Shown: positions 25,318 through 41,549 of the stretch, piece after piece
Numbering within the stretch: the stretch's first letter is position 1
Layout of the letters: each line of letters starts with the position of its first letter
DNA from: Octopus vulgaris
Lineage: Eukaryota
Length of the DNA: 64,000 nucleotides
Assembly: GCA_951406725.2 (NCBI GenBank)
Contig: OX597818.1
Location: 10,540,001 to 10,604,000, forward strand
Direction: 5' to 3'
Program-made: the position numbers and the translations under genes
Notes under the pieces: model-generated
Told to the model about the DNA's origin: nothing
The model's database searches: none
The model's input: the letters and a program-made list of their open reading frames with translations, nothing else

Positions 25318-25828
25318 TGTGTGTGCACGTGTGAATAAGTGGAAGAAAAACTACCATAAATTATTGATAATCAATTGAGTGTTCACTGGAAAAAAATATC
25401 ACCATCATCATCATTGATCTTATCTTTACGATGATGATGATGATGATGATGATGGTGGTGGTAGTAGCACTGATGATGGTCGTTGTCAGAATTGTGGTGG
25501 CGGTGGCGGTGGCAGCGACGGCGGCGGCCGTGGTTGTGGTGGTGGTTGATGGCGGTTGCATGTAGCGGAATTCGTTGTGTGTATAAATTGCATAGTGGTG
25601 GGTGATGACAGTGTAATAATATGTAAATGTGTAGGGGAGCTGTTTTATGACAAATAGGTGACGTGTATGGCGACGCTCCTATTGTTGTTGTTATTGTTGT
25701 TTCGTGGTGGTGGTTGTAAGTGGTGGGATGAGTTGTGGTAAGGATTGTGGTTGGATGTGTTGGAATGTCGTGAAACTCATGCATGTGTGTGCACTTTTGC
25801 ATGTGTATGTGTGTGTATCGATTCTGAC

Positions 25829-25859
<31 letters not shown>

Positions 25860-26119
25860 TGTATGTATGTATGTATGTATATGTGCTTATGTATGATGTC
25901 GGCGTTTGAAGAAAGTGGATAAGTGCACCACAGTTACTGAGTACTGAGTACAGTGTGTTTTGTGCATAGTTGTTTACAAGTGTGTGTATGTACTCGTGGT
26001 TACGTATAAATGTGTATGTATATGTGTATGGCTGGAAAGGTTGTTAATGAGTATGTTGTAACACACGTGTAAGCGTATGCATATATATATGTGTGTGTGT
26101 GCGCGCGTGTGTGTGTGTG

Positions 26120-26193
<74 letters not shown>

Positions 26194-26194
<1 letters not shown>

Positions 26195-26322
26195 TCTTTT
26201 CTCCTTTGGCACAAGACCCGAAATTTTGGGGGCGGGGACCAGTCGATTAGATCGATCTCAGTACGCAACTGGTACTTAATTTATCGACTTCGAAAGGATG
26301 AAAGGCAAAGTCCACCTCGGCC
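26194..26322 (-). mobile_element. SINE family B, 5'-truncated
   Basis: ggcacaagacccgaaattttggggg...ttatcgacttcgaaaggatgaaaggcaaagtccacctcggc. Confidence 0.8.
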
Positions 26323-26765
26323 TAAGCATATATGTGCACCGCCGTGACAACGGGGAAAATCGTGATTGTTGAGTAGTTTGTGTGTTTGTGCACGAGTGTG
26401 TGTATGTGCGGATATGCGCGTGTTCGCAGGTAGGTGTACGTGAGGGAGATTGTACGTGTGTGTGTGTGTGTGTGTGTTTGTATGTGTTTGTGTGTGTTTG
26501 TGTGTTTGTCTGTATGTGTGTTTGCTTGCGTGTGTACTAGTTCAGCAATATGTGGGCGAAAGGTTTGATAGTGTCTTGAATATGTGTGTGTGAGTGTGTG
26601 TATGTGTGTGTGAGTGTGTGTGTGTCTGTGTGCATGTCTGAGTGTGTGCGTATGAGAGTGTATGTGTGTATGTGTGTGCGCGCGCTTGGAAGTGAATGTG
26701 AGCGTGTGTGAGTGTGTGCGTGTGCGAGTGTACGCGATTGCGCGTGTGTGAGTGAGTGTGCACGA

Positions 26766-26806
<41 letters not shown>

Positions 26807-27019
26807 TGTGCACGCCCATATGTATATGCATGTGTTTTCCTGTTGATAAATGTATATAATAATATGGTTTTCGGAACGTCTATGTGTATGTGATTGAGTG
26901 AATGAATGTGTGTATGTATGTGTCTATGTATATATGATGTGTGTGCGTGCGTGCGTACACGCGCACACACACACACACGTTTTCTCTTATAGGTGTGAAA
27001 AGAGGAATGAAAAGAGATT

Positions 27020-27081
27020 GCGATGATGGTGATGGTGTTGATCATGATGATGATGATCGATGCTGTGATATGTTGATGAAG

Positions 27082-27142
<61 letters not shown>

Positions 27143-27747
27143 CAGCAGCAGCAGCAGCGGCAGCAAAAGCGGTGCTGATAGTACACATGATGGATGTTTG
27201 GACGGTAACAAGAGCGATGGTGGTTGTTACGGTAGGTGTCGGCGGTAGTAAGATCTGTGGTGGTGCTAAAAGGTAACGTTGTGTTGGCGGTAGCAGTTAG
27301 AGTAGATGGTGGTGGTGGTGGTGGTGGTGGTGGTGGCGGCGGCGGTGGTGGTGGTATATTGTGCATAGTGCAGGTGCCAGTAGTAGTGTTGGTGTAAAAT
27401 GTGTGGTGGTGGTGGTGGTGGTGGTAGTGGCGTCGGTGGCTCCCTTAGAGCGAGGCGCTGCGTGAGGTCAATGATAGATCACACACACACAGTGTGATGT
27501 CTATTACTGATCATGCTGTTATTGCTGCTGCTACTGCTGCCGCTGCTGCTGCGGCGGCGGCAGGGGCGGGGTGGGGGTTACCTATTATGATGATGATGAC
27601 GATGAGGGTGATGATGACGATGATTACGCTGCTGCAGCTGATGATGATGATGATGCCGTTAGCATGCTGCTCAGTAATTGATTGATTATGATTGCATCGA
27701 TAAACGGCGGCGGCGGCTTCGGCAGCGGCAGCAGCAGCAGCAATTTC

Positions 27748-27797
<50 letters not shown>

Positions 27798-27881
27798 CAG
27801 CAGCAGCAGTAGCAAGAGTAGTTGTAGCCATGCAACCGCAGCAATTACGACTGCTGCTGCAAGCAACAGCAGCTGCAGCAG

Positions 27882-27940
<59 letters not shown>

Positions 27941-28017
27941 CACTAACTAAACTTTTTTCAAAGAGAGCCGATCTGAATGGAACACAACTACTACTACTAC
28001 TACTGCTGCTGCTGTTG

Positions 28018-28068
<51 letters not shown>

Positions 28069-28070
28069 TT
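27020..28070. repeat. Trinucleotide mosaic (GTA, GCA, GGT, GAT, TAC)n
   Basis: Direct reading. Confidence 0.9.
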
Positions 28071-28369
28071 GTCTCATCCCTATGTACTTACTGTATATAG
28101 GGATGATGGTCAGCTAGAAACAGCAGCCGTAGCTGCCCATGGATGGATATCTTTAAAATAGTTGTGAAGGTCATGGCTGGAATGCTTTTCGTCGTAGATA
28201 GATCTGATCAATAAAGAGCTAAGGAGATAAAGGTCTAAACCACATCAACAACGACGGCTACAGAAACGGTAAGTTGAATAACACCAAGCGAACGAGCGAG
28301 CGAACGAGCGAGCGAACGAGCGAGCTAAGGGATCGTTCGACTTTGCTTAATGCAACAAAAACTCATAAT

Positions 28370-28402
<33 letters not shown>

Positions 28403-28739
28403 TCACTCACTCACTCACATACACACATACACACATACATACATGCTTTCATACACACATACATACATGTATAATATACACACACATGTATCGTCTCCGA
28501 AATATCGACCATATAAAATAGTGTGTGTTTGTTATATGGAGTGGAGGAGGAGGAGGTTCTCCTGTACATTCTCTCGATCTGATCGAATGTTGCAGCCAAA
28601 TTTTCAGCTAACCCTTATCCCCCCCCCCCCCCTCAGCCTCTCCTCCATCTCTCTATTACATTCAGGTAGTTATGTATAAAGTCAAAGAAAGAAGCTTTCA
28701 GGGAGTTTGCACGATCAGATTCAGAAATAGCAGTTAAAT

Positions 28740-28774
<35 letters not shown>

Positions 28775-28820
28775 CATACATACATACATACATACATACA
28801 TACATACATACATACATACA

Positions 28821-28886
<66 letters not shown>

Positions 28887-29754
28887 TATAGATATATATA
28901 GATATATATATATAATATACCGCCAAAACTCCTTGCTGCACCAAGCTAGAAACATGAATGAATACTTCTGAATAAGGCGCTCAGTTTGATTCAGTAGTGC
29001 CGTGACGAAGAAAACAGCGAAGTACCTACCTGATCACTCGACAAGCTAGAAATAGCAGCCAAATTCCCTCAAATTACCCTTTCTCTCCCACCATAGTTAC
29101 TAAAGGGCACGTTGGTTTGGCATTGTTGGGTTTCGTTCACATAGAAAGAAAAAAAAAACAGAATGAGGTCTACTCGACCATAGTCGACTTGGGGCTAAAC
29201 GGCTACGATAAGAGCCAAAACCAAAATATGTTATCTGTTATGTTTTACTAATTTCAGTGACTGGACTGCGGTCATGCTGGGGCACCGCCTTGAGGGGTTT
29301 AATCAAATAAATCAACCCCAGTACTTTTTTTTTTTACATCGGTCTCTTTTACCAAACTGCTAGGGAATGAAGGGGAAACGCTACATGATCACTAGCACAA
29401 AATAACAGCCAAATTTCCCTAAATCAAAACCAGAGCTTTTATTGCCTTCAACAAAAATCGGAAAGCCATGATGGAGTAAAGTCAGACTGGGGAAAAAATA
29501 TATGGGATGGCCACAGCTGGGACACATTTGACAATATGTCTGCTGAGTAAAGGCCTGCAGAACTAGAACCGTTACAGTAACAATAAAAAAAGTTTTATGT
29601 TGTATGATCTTTATCATTCCCATAACGGGAAGGGTTTTTTTTATAAACGGGACTGCAAAACGGACAGAATATGTGAACAGAAATATGCGAGATTCAACCA
29701 TAGTGTTGTTGCTGTTGTTGTTGTTGTTGTTGTTGTTGCTGTTGTTGCTGTTGC

Positions 29755-29790
<36 letters not shown>

Positions 29791-29933
29791 AGTGGCATAT
29801 GAGTTAATGTGAATCATTATCTGCATATTTCTATATTTATGATTGAGACATTACGCAGAATTTAGAAAACAGGAACAAAAATAATACCCTGATCCCTAAA
29901 AGCGGATAAAGCTAAGCGAAATTATAGACCACA

Positions 29934-29978
<45 letters not shown>

Positions 29979-30128
29979 ACACACACTCATACTTGTACCA
30001 AATCGCACATAATTGTGCATACATAATGTGTGTATGTATGTAGATAGATAGATACATACATACATATATACATGTATATATAAAGACGTATATATGTGTA
30101 TATGGGCATATAAGAGTGTATATATATG

Positions 30129-30260
<132 letters not shown>

Positions 30261-30778
30261 TGCGACGAAAGAGTTTGCCCAAAACATTTTAATTCACCCT
30301 CTTCTCTTTGCATGTTAAAGTTATTTCCATTTTGCGAACTTTACTAACTGATTCTGCTGCCGAAAAATCGTCTGCTTTTGAGAAAGAACAAGAAAGAAAG
30401 AGGAAAGGAGAGAGAGAAAGAGAAAGAGGAGGGTATGGAAGAATAGAAAAGAGACAGACAAACAGATAGACAGGCAGACAGACAAATTTATAGTAATTGC
30501 GTCTAACAAGAGGGGAGCAAGATAGAAAAAGAGAGACAGACAGACAGTCAGAGACAGAGAGACAGAGAGAGACAGACAGATTTATAGGGAATCGGTCTGA
30601 CAGAAAGACAGAGAAAGAAAATATAGAATTGCATGTATTCGAAGAAAACAAGACAATTATTATTAAATCCACTGCGTGAATGTGTAACACCTCCCTCTTA
30701 TTCTCATTCATGCGTTATCGCCCGCTTTTCTGTCCGTTCCGTCTGTCATTCTCTATACATTCATCCTTATATCGTTAC

Positions 30779-30809
<31 letters not shown>

Positions 30810-30869
30810 CATCACTCAACTCGAGAATGGTCTCTCTCTTTCTCTATCTGTCTGGCTACCCACCTATTT

Positions 30870-30871
30870 AT

Positions 30872-30967
<96 letters not shown>

Positions 30968-31330
30968 TTATCTGTCTGTCTGTCCACCTTTATTGCCTCT
31001 CATCTATCTACCTATATGATATCTGACTATGCATTCAGCTACATTGTGTGCGTGTGTGTGTGTGAAAGCAAGGGTATAACAAAAGGAGAATATGCAATGA
31101 ATTACTCATGTATGTATATGTGTATGCATGAATGTAGGTATGTGTATACTTATACATGCATTTACATCTATATATGTATATGTACGTAACTATATATCTA
31201 TCTATCTAATATCTATCTATCTATCTATCTAATCAACTATGTATGTATGTATGTATGTATGTATGTATGTATGTATGTATGTATCTACCTATCTATCTAA
31301 TTAAGTGTCTATCTATCCAGATAGATAGAC

Positions 31331-31423
<93 letters not shown>

Positions 31424-31473
31424 TAGACAGGCAAATATAGATGGACAGACAGACATATACACTGATAGACAAT

Positions 31474-31537
<64 letters not shown>

Positions 31538-31830
31538 CGAATGGACGGACAGACGTACAGATGGACAGACAGACGGACAGACGGATTGTCGGATAGGCGG
31601 ACAGACATATGGACAGATAGACATACATACATACATACATACAAAAAGAGAGACAGACAGACAGTCAGACAGACAGGTAAGGTAAGTAGGTAGGTAGGTA
31701 GGTAGGTAGGTAAGTAGGTAGATAGGTAGATGGACGGGCGGACGGACGGACGGACGGACGGACGGACGGGCGGACGGACAGATGGGCGGATAGACGGGCA
31801 GAAAAGACAAACAGACAGATAGATAGATAT
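30870..31830. repeat. Tetranucleotide mosaic (TATC, TATG, GATA, GACA, GGAC, GGTA)n
   Basis: Direct reading. Confidence 0.9.
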
Positions 31831-32059
31831 TGTGCGTGGATGTGTTTACACAACTATGTACTTATACATCTATGTATGTTTATGTAGTTGTTTACCTGTG
31901 CGTGATTGTGTGCATGTATATCACATAGGTGTGTGTGTGTGTATGCATATATACATGTATACATGTACGTTTCTGTAGCTGTTTACCTGCGATTCTATCA
32001 TATACGGTGATTATGTGAACTGATGTGTGTCTATTCATGCATGTTCATATTACTGTGTA

Positions 32060-32152
<93 letters not shown>

Positions 32153-32268
32153 AAGTACCGGTGCACATGAGAGTGTTTGTGCAGCGGCAACAACAATCAC
32201 TAGTGGACAATTTCTGCTTTCCCCAAGTCATGTGATTTCTGCTGCTTAGCCTGTCTGTCTGACTCCCC

Positions 32269-32320
<52 letters not shown>

Positions 32321-32370
32321 TTGTCTGTCTCGCCATCCGTCCACATTCATCACAGCCATCATCACAAAAT

Positions 32371-32443
<73 letters not shown>

Positions 32444-33007
32444 ATATGTATGTATATATATGTGTGTGTGTGTGTGGCAGCGTCCATTGTCACTGCTATC
32501 GTCGCGTCCCCACTAACAAGGGAACCTTTTAAGTGGTCGCTCAAACTGCTAGAAGTAGTAGCCAAATCACCTTCTCACCTTCAAATCACACCCACTGTGT
32601 TATCAATATAAGAAAAAGACACATTCGATAATGTAACCCTTAAATTTAACGCCTAAATAAATGTCGGGATGGTCGTGGCTTGAGTGCCTTTGATCATATT
32701 TCTCCTCGATCAAGAAGACTGACCTAGGGTCGAACGACAACATCTTCATCGTCATCGTCGTCGTCGTTATCGTCATCGATATTTTCATCCACTCCCCCCC
32801 GCCACCATCATCACCAGTAGCATTACTCTCAACTCCACCGTCACCATCACCTCAGCCATCATCTCCACCACCGCCAACAACAACAACAACAACAACATAA
32901 AGGCACTAACATCTCCCCCCCCCCCAACACCAACACCATTCTATTACCATACTATTACCGAAGCGTTAGCATTATCATCGCTGGTCCCAACACCATCATC
33001 ACCACAG

Positions 33008-33070
<63 letters not shown>

Positions 33071-34099
33071 TTGCTACTATTACTACAGCTACAACCTGCT
33101 CTACCACCACCACCCTCACTATCACTTCCACCACACCGCTACAACCACTAGCATATTATTGCTGTTACCACCACCATCATCTCAACAACACTTCGAACCA
33201 GCGCGGGAATCCTTGCAGGTCGCTCGACTTGCTAGAAATAACAGCTAACTAGTCCTCAAGTCATATATTCTCTAAAATAAGGAAAGAGCACATGGTGCAA
33301 TGTAATGTAGTTCTATACCTTTTTTAAAAAGCAGGGTTTGTCATGGCTGGAATTCCTTTACAGTCGTAAATCTGGTTGTGTTGGTGTTGATTTGGGGATA
33401 AACAGCAATAATTATTATCCAGCTCTGTCTTCTTCGACACCATCGCCACCAACATCGACGCCACCACCACCAGCATCGCCATATCCACCAACACCACCAC
33501 AATCATTTCCCTCACGTCCGTACAGCCCCACCACCACCACCACCACTACCACAACCATCACTCACTTCCAGGACCATCACCACAACCACCATGAACACCT
33601 TTCCCTCCAACTCCGCCGTCCCCTCCAACACCACTCATCACCCAACATCATCATCATCATCATCGCAATGACCATCACCACTAACAGCTATTTAGCACCA
33701 ACACCACCAACACGGATGTGCTCCAGTATGACCTTTTAATTTCATAAAAAAAGTAAACACGAAGTACCATTATTATCATCATCATCGATAAGCAACATCG
33801 ATCACTTGCTAAACCTAAAGCCACCCCCCACACACACCTCTTCCCCACCCACCTACCAACCTACCTATCTACCTACCGGCCGACCTACCTACCTGCCTGC
33901 TTGCTTGCCTCATCTAACACTTGTCCGTCCCACCACGCCTCGCCTTCGTTTTGCTCTCTTCTACTCTACTCTGCTTTGGCTTGGCTAGGCCTGGCTTGGT
34001 TGGTCGTTTCTTTTGTGACATACTCTCATTGATTCACACATCTCCGAGATGCTGGCTTGCTAAGATGTTGAATATTACGAGGTCGGAAAATTAACTTAC

Positions 34100-34143
34100 T
34101 CTTCGAACTTGCTTTCAATAAGCTTCAAATGCACACCAGACAT
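34100..34143 (-). CDS. Candidate first coding exon MSGVHLKLIESKFE (phase 2)
   Basis: ATG at 34143, 14 open codons plus GA, then the consensus donor gtaagt (34099-34094). An Inr-like TCAGT lies about 220 nt upstream. No recognisable homology. Confidence 0.3.
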
Positions 34144-34999
34144 AGACAGATAGCTAGCTAGATATTATAAATTGATAAAATTAGATACAGATGTAGAATG
34201 ATAGAAAGCTGTATCAAAATATATATAGCTGTTCAATAAGAGATATGATTAAATAGATAGCAAGATAGACAGCTAGATATGGATAGATGATATACATGTA
34301 TACTTATTGGATATACATGTATGTGTATATTTCTTTATCGCTTCGTCTCTTTCTTCCTGTTACTGATGATGGAAATAACTACAAACCGGGACTTCCATTC
34401 TGCTCAAGCTGATATTTACATACAGAGGTACGTCCGTATGCATATAAGTCATGTGTGTAATACAATGTAATGTTATTGTAATGCAATATATTGCTATGTA
34501 TGTATGTATGTATGTATGTATGTATGTATGTATGTATGTATGTATGTATGTATGTATGTATGTATGTATGTATGTATGTATGTATGTATGTATGTGGGCG
34601 GTGGTTATGTAGTTTTGTGTTTGCAACCATAAACATATTTACACATTTATATTACCACCTATAGTTTTATCTGTATCTCACACCCCCTCTCTTCTCTTTA
34701 TTTCTCTCCACTCACCTTCCCTTTCTATACTCCCCCTTCCTCTTCTCTTTCCCTCTCTCTATCTCTCACTCACTCACTCACTCTCTTCCTCTCACTATTA
34801 TCTATATCTCACTGTGTTTCAAACGGTATATACTTGTAAACATATATACATACACACATGTATGTATTTATATACATATGTATGTATGTATACACATGTA
34901 TATGTATGACTATATATACTGTCAAACATGTATCTATACATATATAAATGTAATTATACATATATGTATTTCTATAAATATTATATATACATATATATA

Positions 35000-35052
<53 letters not shown>

Positions 35053-35172
35053 ATGTATAAAAATATTTGCTTCGTTATATACAAACGTTTATAACAATGT
35101 TTATATAAATGTGTGTGCATATACATAGAAATATATATACAAACATACATATATATATACATACATGTTGCA

Positions 35173-35220
<48 letters not shown>

Positions 35221-35262
35221 TACATATACAAAAGAAATCTTTGCTCGTTAATTTACGGTGTG

Positions 35263-35321
<59 letters not shown>

Positions 35322-35639
35322 CGCACACATACATACATATGTAATATGCCAATATACTTAAATGTATGTATGTATATGTGCATAAATATATAGGCACACT
35401 CATGCACTCACTCATACACACACATATATAATGTTTATATATGTATATATGTGCATGTGTGCGCGTGCGTGGGAGTGGTGGTGCGCGTGTGCGCACGTGT
35501 GTGTGTGTGTGTGTGTGCGCAATATATTTGTAACATTCCTACGCACACACGCGCGCATCCTATCTGCGAGTGGAATAACAATCATGATAACTGTGAAATG
35601 GGGAAATATCTATTGCATATGGATTTATTCATAAATATC

Positions 35640-35684
<45 letters not shown>

Positions 35685-36185
35685 CAAACGAATATGTGTA
35701 TGCGTGTGCTACCTGGAATGTGTACACCTGTTGTGTCTGTTCATGTGTGTATGGCTATGCATTCATTCATACTTGTATCAATCATGCCATCTTTCTATAC
35801 GCTGTTTGTTATGTACATCCTACATCTAAATCGTGCGTGCGCGCGCGCGTCTGCATTTCTGTGAGTGTGCGCGTGTGAGCGTATATATGGGCACATGCCT
35901 GAGTGCGTATTCTACCTGTAGTACTTAAACATCTAAGTAAAACTGTACATATATATATATACATATAGACACATACACACACACACGCACACATACACAC
36001 ACATACACACACACATATATATATATACATATATACATATAGACACATATATATATATAAATATATATATATATTCACTCACACATATATATATATATAT
36101 ACTCCCATACACATGTGTGTGTGTGTGTTTGTATTGTATCTATATTGTTCTTCTTTCAGTAAGGGCTAAAGCCATGCTGGAGCGT

Positions 36186-36231
<46 letters not shown>

Positions 36232-36422
36232 TGTATGTATGTATGTATGCATGTATGTATGAAGAGAGAGATAGAGCTGTTATGAAAAGGGTTTAGGATT
36301 GTGCTCCAATGTTTTATACTAAGTATACGTTTATGTATGAGAGTTTATCCTCTGTGTGGATGTATGTATGTATATATATATATATATATATATATACATA
36401 CATACATACATACATACATACA

Positions 36423-36454
<32 letters not shown>

Positions 36455-37176
36455 CACACATACATACACACACTCACACATTTGTATTCATGTTCATATT
36501 CGTGTATTCGCGCGCACTCACTCGTGTTTGCATGATTGCTCTTCACATCAAAACTTGTCTATATGTTATTTGTTGCAAATGCCATAACTAGAATAATTTA
36601 AACACACACACAGAGGATAAGCGTCCTGTCTATATAGATTAAGATACAGTTTCAATTCGCACTTGAGGCGATTAAATCGCTAAATACCTTTGGAAAGGCA
36701 TGAACTAACCGAGAAATCTCTCACAAATCCCTCCCAACGATCCTGGGAAAGAAAACACTGCCAAATGTATGTAGTCTTAAAACATGCTTAAAAAAGGACA
36801 GAACGATCACTGCAGGAATTACTCTTGTGTTTGTTCGCCTTAAAATAATGTTAACCTGGGGATAATCTACATTATATAAACAGGAAAATTTCAAAGACTT
36901 GTATCTTGTAAATATATTTACATAAATGTTATAGTGTGTGCGTGTGTATGTGTGTGCAATGGTTATGAGCATATAATTATAAGAGATGAGATATAGACGT
37001 TTATATATGGTTTATATGATATGCATTGCAGGTAATGTACAATAATAAATTTGAATGTGTGTATGCAATAAATGGATACCCAATTTGTATATCATTTTTT
37101 TTATCTAAATGTGAATAAATAGATATAATATATTTATACACTAGCACGTATCTATATAAGAATATATACACATGTG

Positions 37177-37652
<476 letters not shown>

Positions 37653-38078
37653 CCCCTACACACTTGATTGGTGCTATTAAATGGAAGGCGACGTTAGCCT
37701 CCTGTGGGATAAGAACTTGCGACAGATACACCGGTAGTTTTGTATATTTTATACACTCGGAGTATTTCCCAATCTAACTCCCAATATTAATACTCACAGC
37801 CAACGCGGGCAAGTTCGCATATTTATATACAACACATACTCGAGAATAACTTATCCAGCACAGAGAAAAATTCGCTGTCCATTGGTAAGTGCCCGCACAC
37901 ACGCAGGCACACACACACACACACAGACACACACACGTACATACATGCTCAAATGCGTTCACATATGCTTGCATCAAGCACACACTTATGCAGGTACGCT
38001 TGCTTATACGTACGCTCACATCCACAGTCCTAGCGCACCCGCGAAATCATACCCCTACACACGCATAACTCCAAACAC

Positions 38079-38122
<44 letters not shown>

Positions 38123-38610
38123 ACACACACACACATTCGTACATAAATACACACAGACAGGCACACACGCGCGCGTGCAGGGCGTACAATAATGAAAATG
38201 TTTTCAGGGAGGTAATCAGTATCGGTGTTTTCAATTCCTGTTTAGGGAAAGCCCTGACAACAGAATCATAGATAGATAGATAGAGAGAGAGAGATGTGGG
38301 AGAGAGAGAGAAAGAGAGAGTTACATGGAGAGGCACATACATACATACATACATACATACATACATACTCGCGCACGCGCGCATGCACTTACACTTTTCT
38401 TATTTTTCATCGGTAGAAAGTTAGAAGAGTGATTGAAGAACTGAAGATTTCGTACATGTCATTTATGCAGCAAAATATCTATCGACATGTGTGTGTGTGT
38501 ATAGGAATCTGAAATCGTTGCAAAACGTTTGTCCGAGTTTCTCCATTCCGATCTTCGGACGATACTGATAAGTATAATAATAATTGTAACTATATTTGTA
38601 TATATGTATG

Positions 38611-38642
<32 letters not shown>

Positions 38643-39349
38643 ATCAGCCGAAATTGCGAGGATGATCCGGTTCTTGACTAAATATAAAAGGCTTCGAATG
38701 ACCCGTCCCTGTCTTTTTGTATGGTCTATCTGGATGTTTTGTTGTCCCTTTTTGTATCCCCTAGTTGTTCGAATGTTTTGCGATCTTGTCCCATTTTGTA
38801 TTTTATTATATATATATAATATGTGTGTGTGTGTGTTATTTGGATGCATCTGTATACGCGTGCGCAGATGCCCGCAAGCCACCACAATGTTTCGGGTAGC
38901 GTTAACGCAGGCTTTGTCTAACTTTGTAGTCCACCTGATATAAAGTCTTATGTCATAATTTGGGACTCTATAAACAATAGCTCACTACCACTGCTGCTGC
39001 TGCTGTTATAACATTTGTTGTCGTAACTAATATTGAATAACGTTTTCCTAGTAAACAAAAGTTGCTTCTCTAGATCCGCGACTCTAAGGGGCATTTAAGG
39101 GGCAGCTGCAAATGTCTTGTTGGAGTATATTATTGAGTCCTTTTTATTTTCTGTGTTATAATTACGCCATTGCTAACTGTACGTGTAGTGCGTTTGAGTT
39201 TCAGTTAAAAGAAATATTACAGAACTGTGTCGGTCGTTTCTTTAAATATGTAGTAATGTGCCTGGTAGAACTGGTAGAAATTTCAATATTCTACACAATC
39301 GGTAGAAATTTCAGACCGTGGGCTCAAATTAGAAGTAGTAATTTCAGAC

Positions 39350-39750
39350 GGCATATTGGAAGGATTGTTAAAACTTCGAAAAGAAAAAAAAACGTAATGA
39401 AGTATCTATTTACGGTCCTTCAGTGTGTGTGCTCAAACCCTGTCAACGTCAATTTTACGTTTTATCGTTCCAGGTCGATAAAATATAGTATCAGAGCTGG
39501 GGTCGATTTAGTCGACTAACTCCATCTCCAAAAATTGCTCCCTGATGCCTTTAGAGGGTCAGTCAAAATGCCTTGCGGTTTGTAGTTACAGCTCTTTACC
39601 ATCTGAATTTAAATGCCACTAAAGTTAACTTTTCTTTCAATTCTAATAGCCGATAAAGTAATTATACCAGTTCATGTACTAGAGTCGATTTAACTGGTTA
39701 ACCCGCTTCCTAAAAATTAAAGGCCTTGTATCTATACTAGAAACTAATTA
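39350..39750 (+). mobile_element. Two adjacent old SINE family B copies
   Basis: Degenerate ..tcaaa...gtcaa.ttt...ggtcgataaa...ggggtcgattta motifs occur twice. Confidence 0.6.
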
Positions 39751-39842
39751 ACTATTACGAGTACTAAAGGCTGTGGGTGACAGGGAATCGTTCACGGAGG
39801 AGTTGATACGGCGAATGAGAATTGCATGGTGGACAAGATTGC

Positions 39843-40177
39843 ACATGGTTCCGGGTTCAATCCCACTGCGTAGCACCTTGGGCGAGTGTCTCCTATTATA
39901 ACCTCGGTCCGAATAAAGCCTTGTCAGTGGACTTAGTAGACGGAAACTGACAGAAGCCCGTCGTGTATGTGTGTGTCCCATACCACCGCTTGACAACTGA
40001 TGTTGGTGTGTCTAGGTCCCCTTAAGTTAGTGGTTCGGCAAACAGAAGGGTAGATTCAGTAGCAGGCTTTTATAAAAACTACTGTGGTTGATTCATTCGA
40101 CTAAAAATCCCTTCAAGGCGTTGCCCCAGCATGGCCATAGCCTGATGGCTGAAACAAGTAAACGATAAAAGATAAAG
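39843..40177 (+). mobile_element. SINE family A
   Basis: acatggttccgggttcaatcccactgcg...gaagcccgtcg...ccagcatggcc...ctgaaacaagtaaa. Confidence 0.9.
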
Positions 40178-40494
40178 ACTCGGAAGGTGCCGAAATGTAG
40201 CTTTCCGGGACGTTAGTAACATTCGGGCCGTTCCTGTTTATGTAGATGAGGGTACTTAGCAGTCAGAGTAATGCTGGATTTGTAAGGTTCCTTGACTGAC
40301 CATAGGTGACTACCCTTTTATTGGGACTCCTCCTCATTTCATTCCTTGGCTGTTTGCTTTTCGGCGTAGCCACGATTCACCCCTCACCCCTTGTTTTCGT
40401 AAGTTATTCATGTAATGTCTGCTCATCTGTCTTCCATGTAGTATATAAATCCTTGTGTTTTTTGTTTGTTTGTTTTTTGTCTTATGAGTTGTGA

Positions 40495-40895
40495 GAGTCG
40501 TAGAGCTTCGGATAAAATGCTTTGCTGTATGTATTTGAGTTCTTCACATTCTGAGTTCAAATCCGAGGTGAATTCTGCCTTTCATTCCTCAGGGGTCGAT
40601 AGAATAATACCAGTCGAGGGGTCGAGGGAATCGACTAACACCCCCACCCCTTCAAAACTTCTGACCGTGTGCCTAAATTAGAAATCATTGTTATTATGAA
40701 CAGTGAGAATCCTTGGAGCGTCGCACAAAATGTCTTGTGCTATTTCTTCAAGTTCTTTACGCTCTAAGTTCAAATCGCGCAGAAGTCAGCTTGCCTTTCG
40801 GCGCCCGGGATTGATAAAATAATATAGCAACCAATGTAATCGACTAGCCCTGTACACACAAAATTACTGGCCTTGTGCCTAAATTAGAAATAATT
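40495..40895 (+). mobile_element. Two adjacent old SINE family B copies
   Basis: ttctgagttcaaat...gcctttcattcctcaggggtcgata, and a second unit, each ending gtgcctaaattagaaa. Confidence 0.7.
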
Positions 40896-41179
40896 GTTAT
40901 TATTTATATTTTCGTCATTAGTTGTAATATTCGGTTTCTTTCTCCGTAATTTAAATAACGCTACATACATTCATACATACATACACACTCATTCATATAC
41001 ATGTATGCACATACATGCACATAGCCACATGGTGATTTGATTGGATATCATGCTTGCGATGAGTTTACGTTAGGACGTACCATTTGTAACCTACGTGTTA
41101 TAACACTCACGCACATAGAATACCATAGCCGTACCAGAACTAGAGTCTGACTCTTTTGACACAATAATGATTACGATAT

Positions 41180-41395
41180 ACTTTTCTACTCTAGGCACAA
41201 GGCCCAAAATTTGGGGGGAGGGAGGGCAGTCGATTAGATCGCCTCCAGTACGCAACTGGTACATAATTCATCAACCCCGAAAGGATGAAAGGCAAAGTCG
41301 ACTTCGGCGGAATTTGAACTTAGAACGTAAAGATAGACGAAATACTGCTAAGCATTTCGCCCGGCGTGCTAACGTTTCTGCCAGCTCGCCGCCTT
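41180..41395 (-). mobile_element. SINE family B, full length
   Basis: Ends ...cgcccggcgtgctaacgtttctgccagctcgccgcctt, the reverse complement of the family head. Confidence 0.92.
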
Positions 41396-41429
41396 TCTGT
41401 AATGAAATATGATAAGGAATGGTACAAAA

Positions 41430-41549
41430 AAAATTGTTAGAATATTTTGTGCATTGTTGAATTATAACCAATTTATTGCAGATAAATTTTTAACAACAAA
41501 ACCTTAAATGGACCCCAAGGCCATATGGACCCTGATTGAGAACCACTAA
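41430..41549 (+). mobile_element. 3' end of the hAT-type MITE family
   Basis: ccaatttattgcagataaatttttaacaacaaaa is nearly identical to 4955-4987 and ends ttgagaaccact. Confidence 0.75.

Noticed and set aside
34360-34415. TGATGA...CTGA as a C/D snoRNA or SECIS element
   Set aside because: Too short for a C/D snoRNA, has no terminal stem, and lacks the 3' GA of the SECIS quartet.
37800-37890. Plus-strand exon-like segment ending TTG|gtaagt
   Set aside because: Weak acceptor, no recognisable peptide, and no partner exon.
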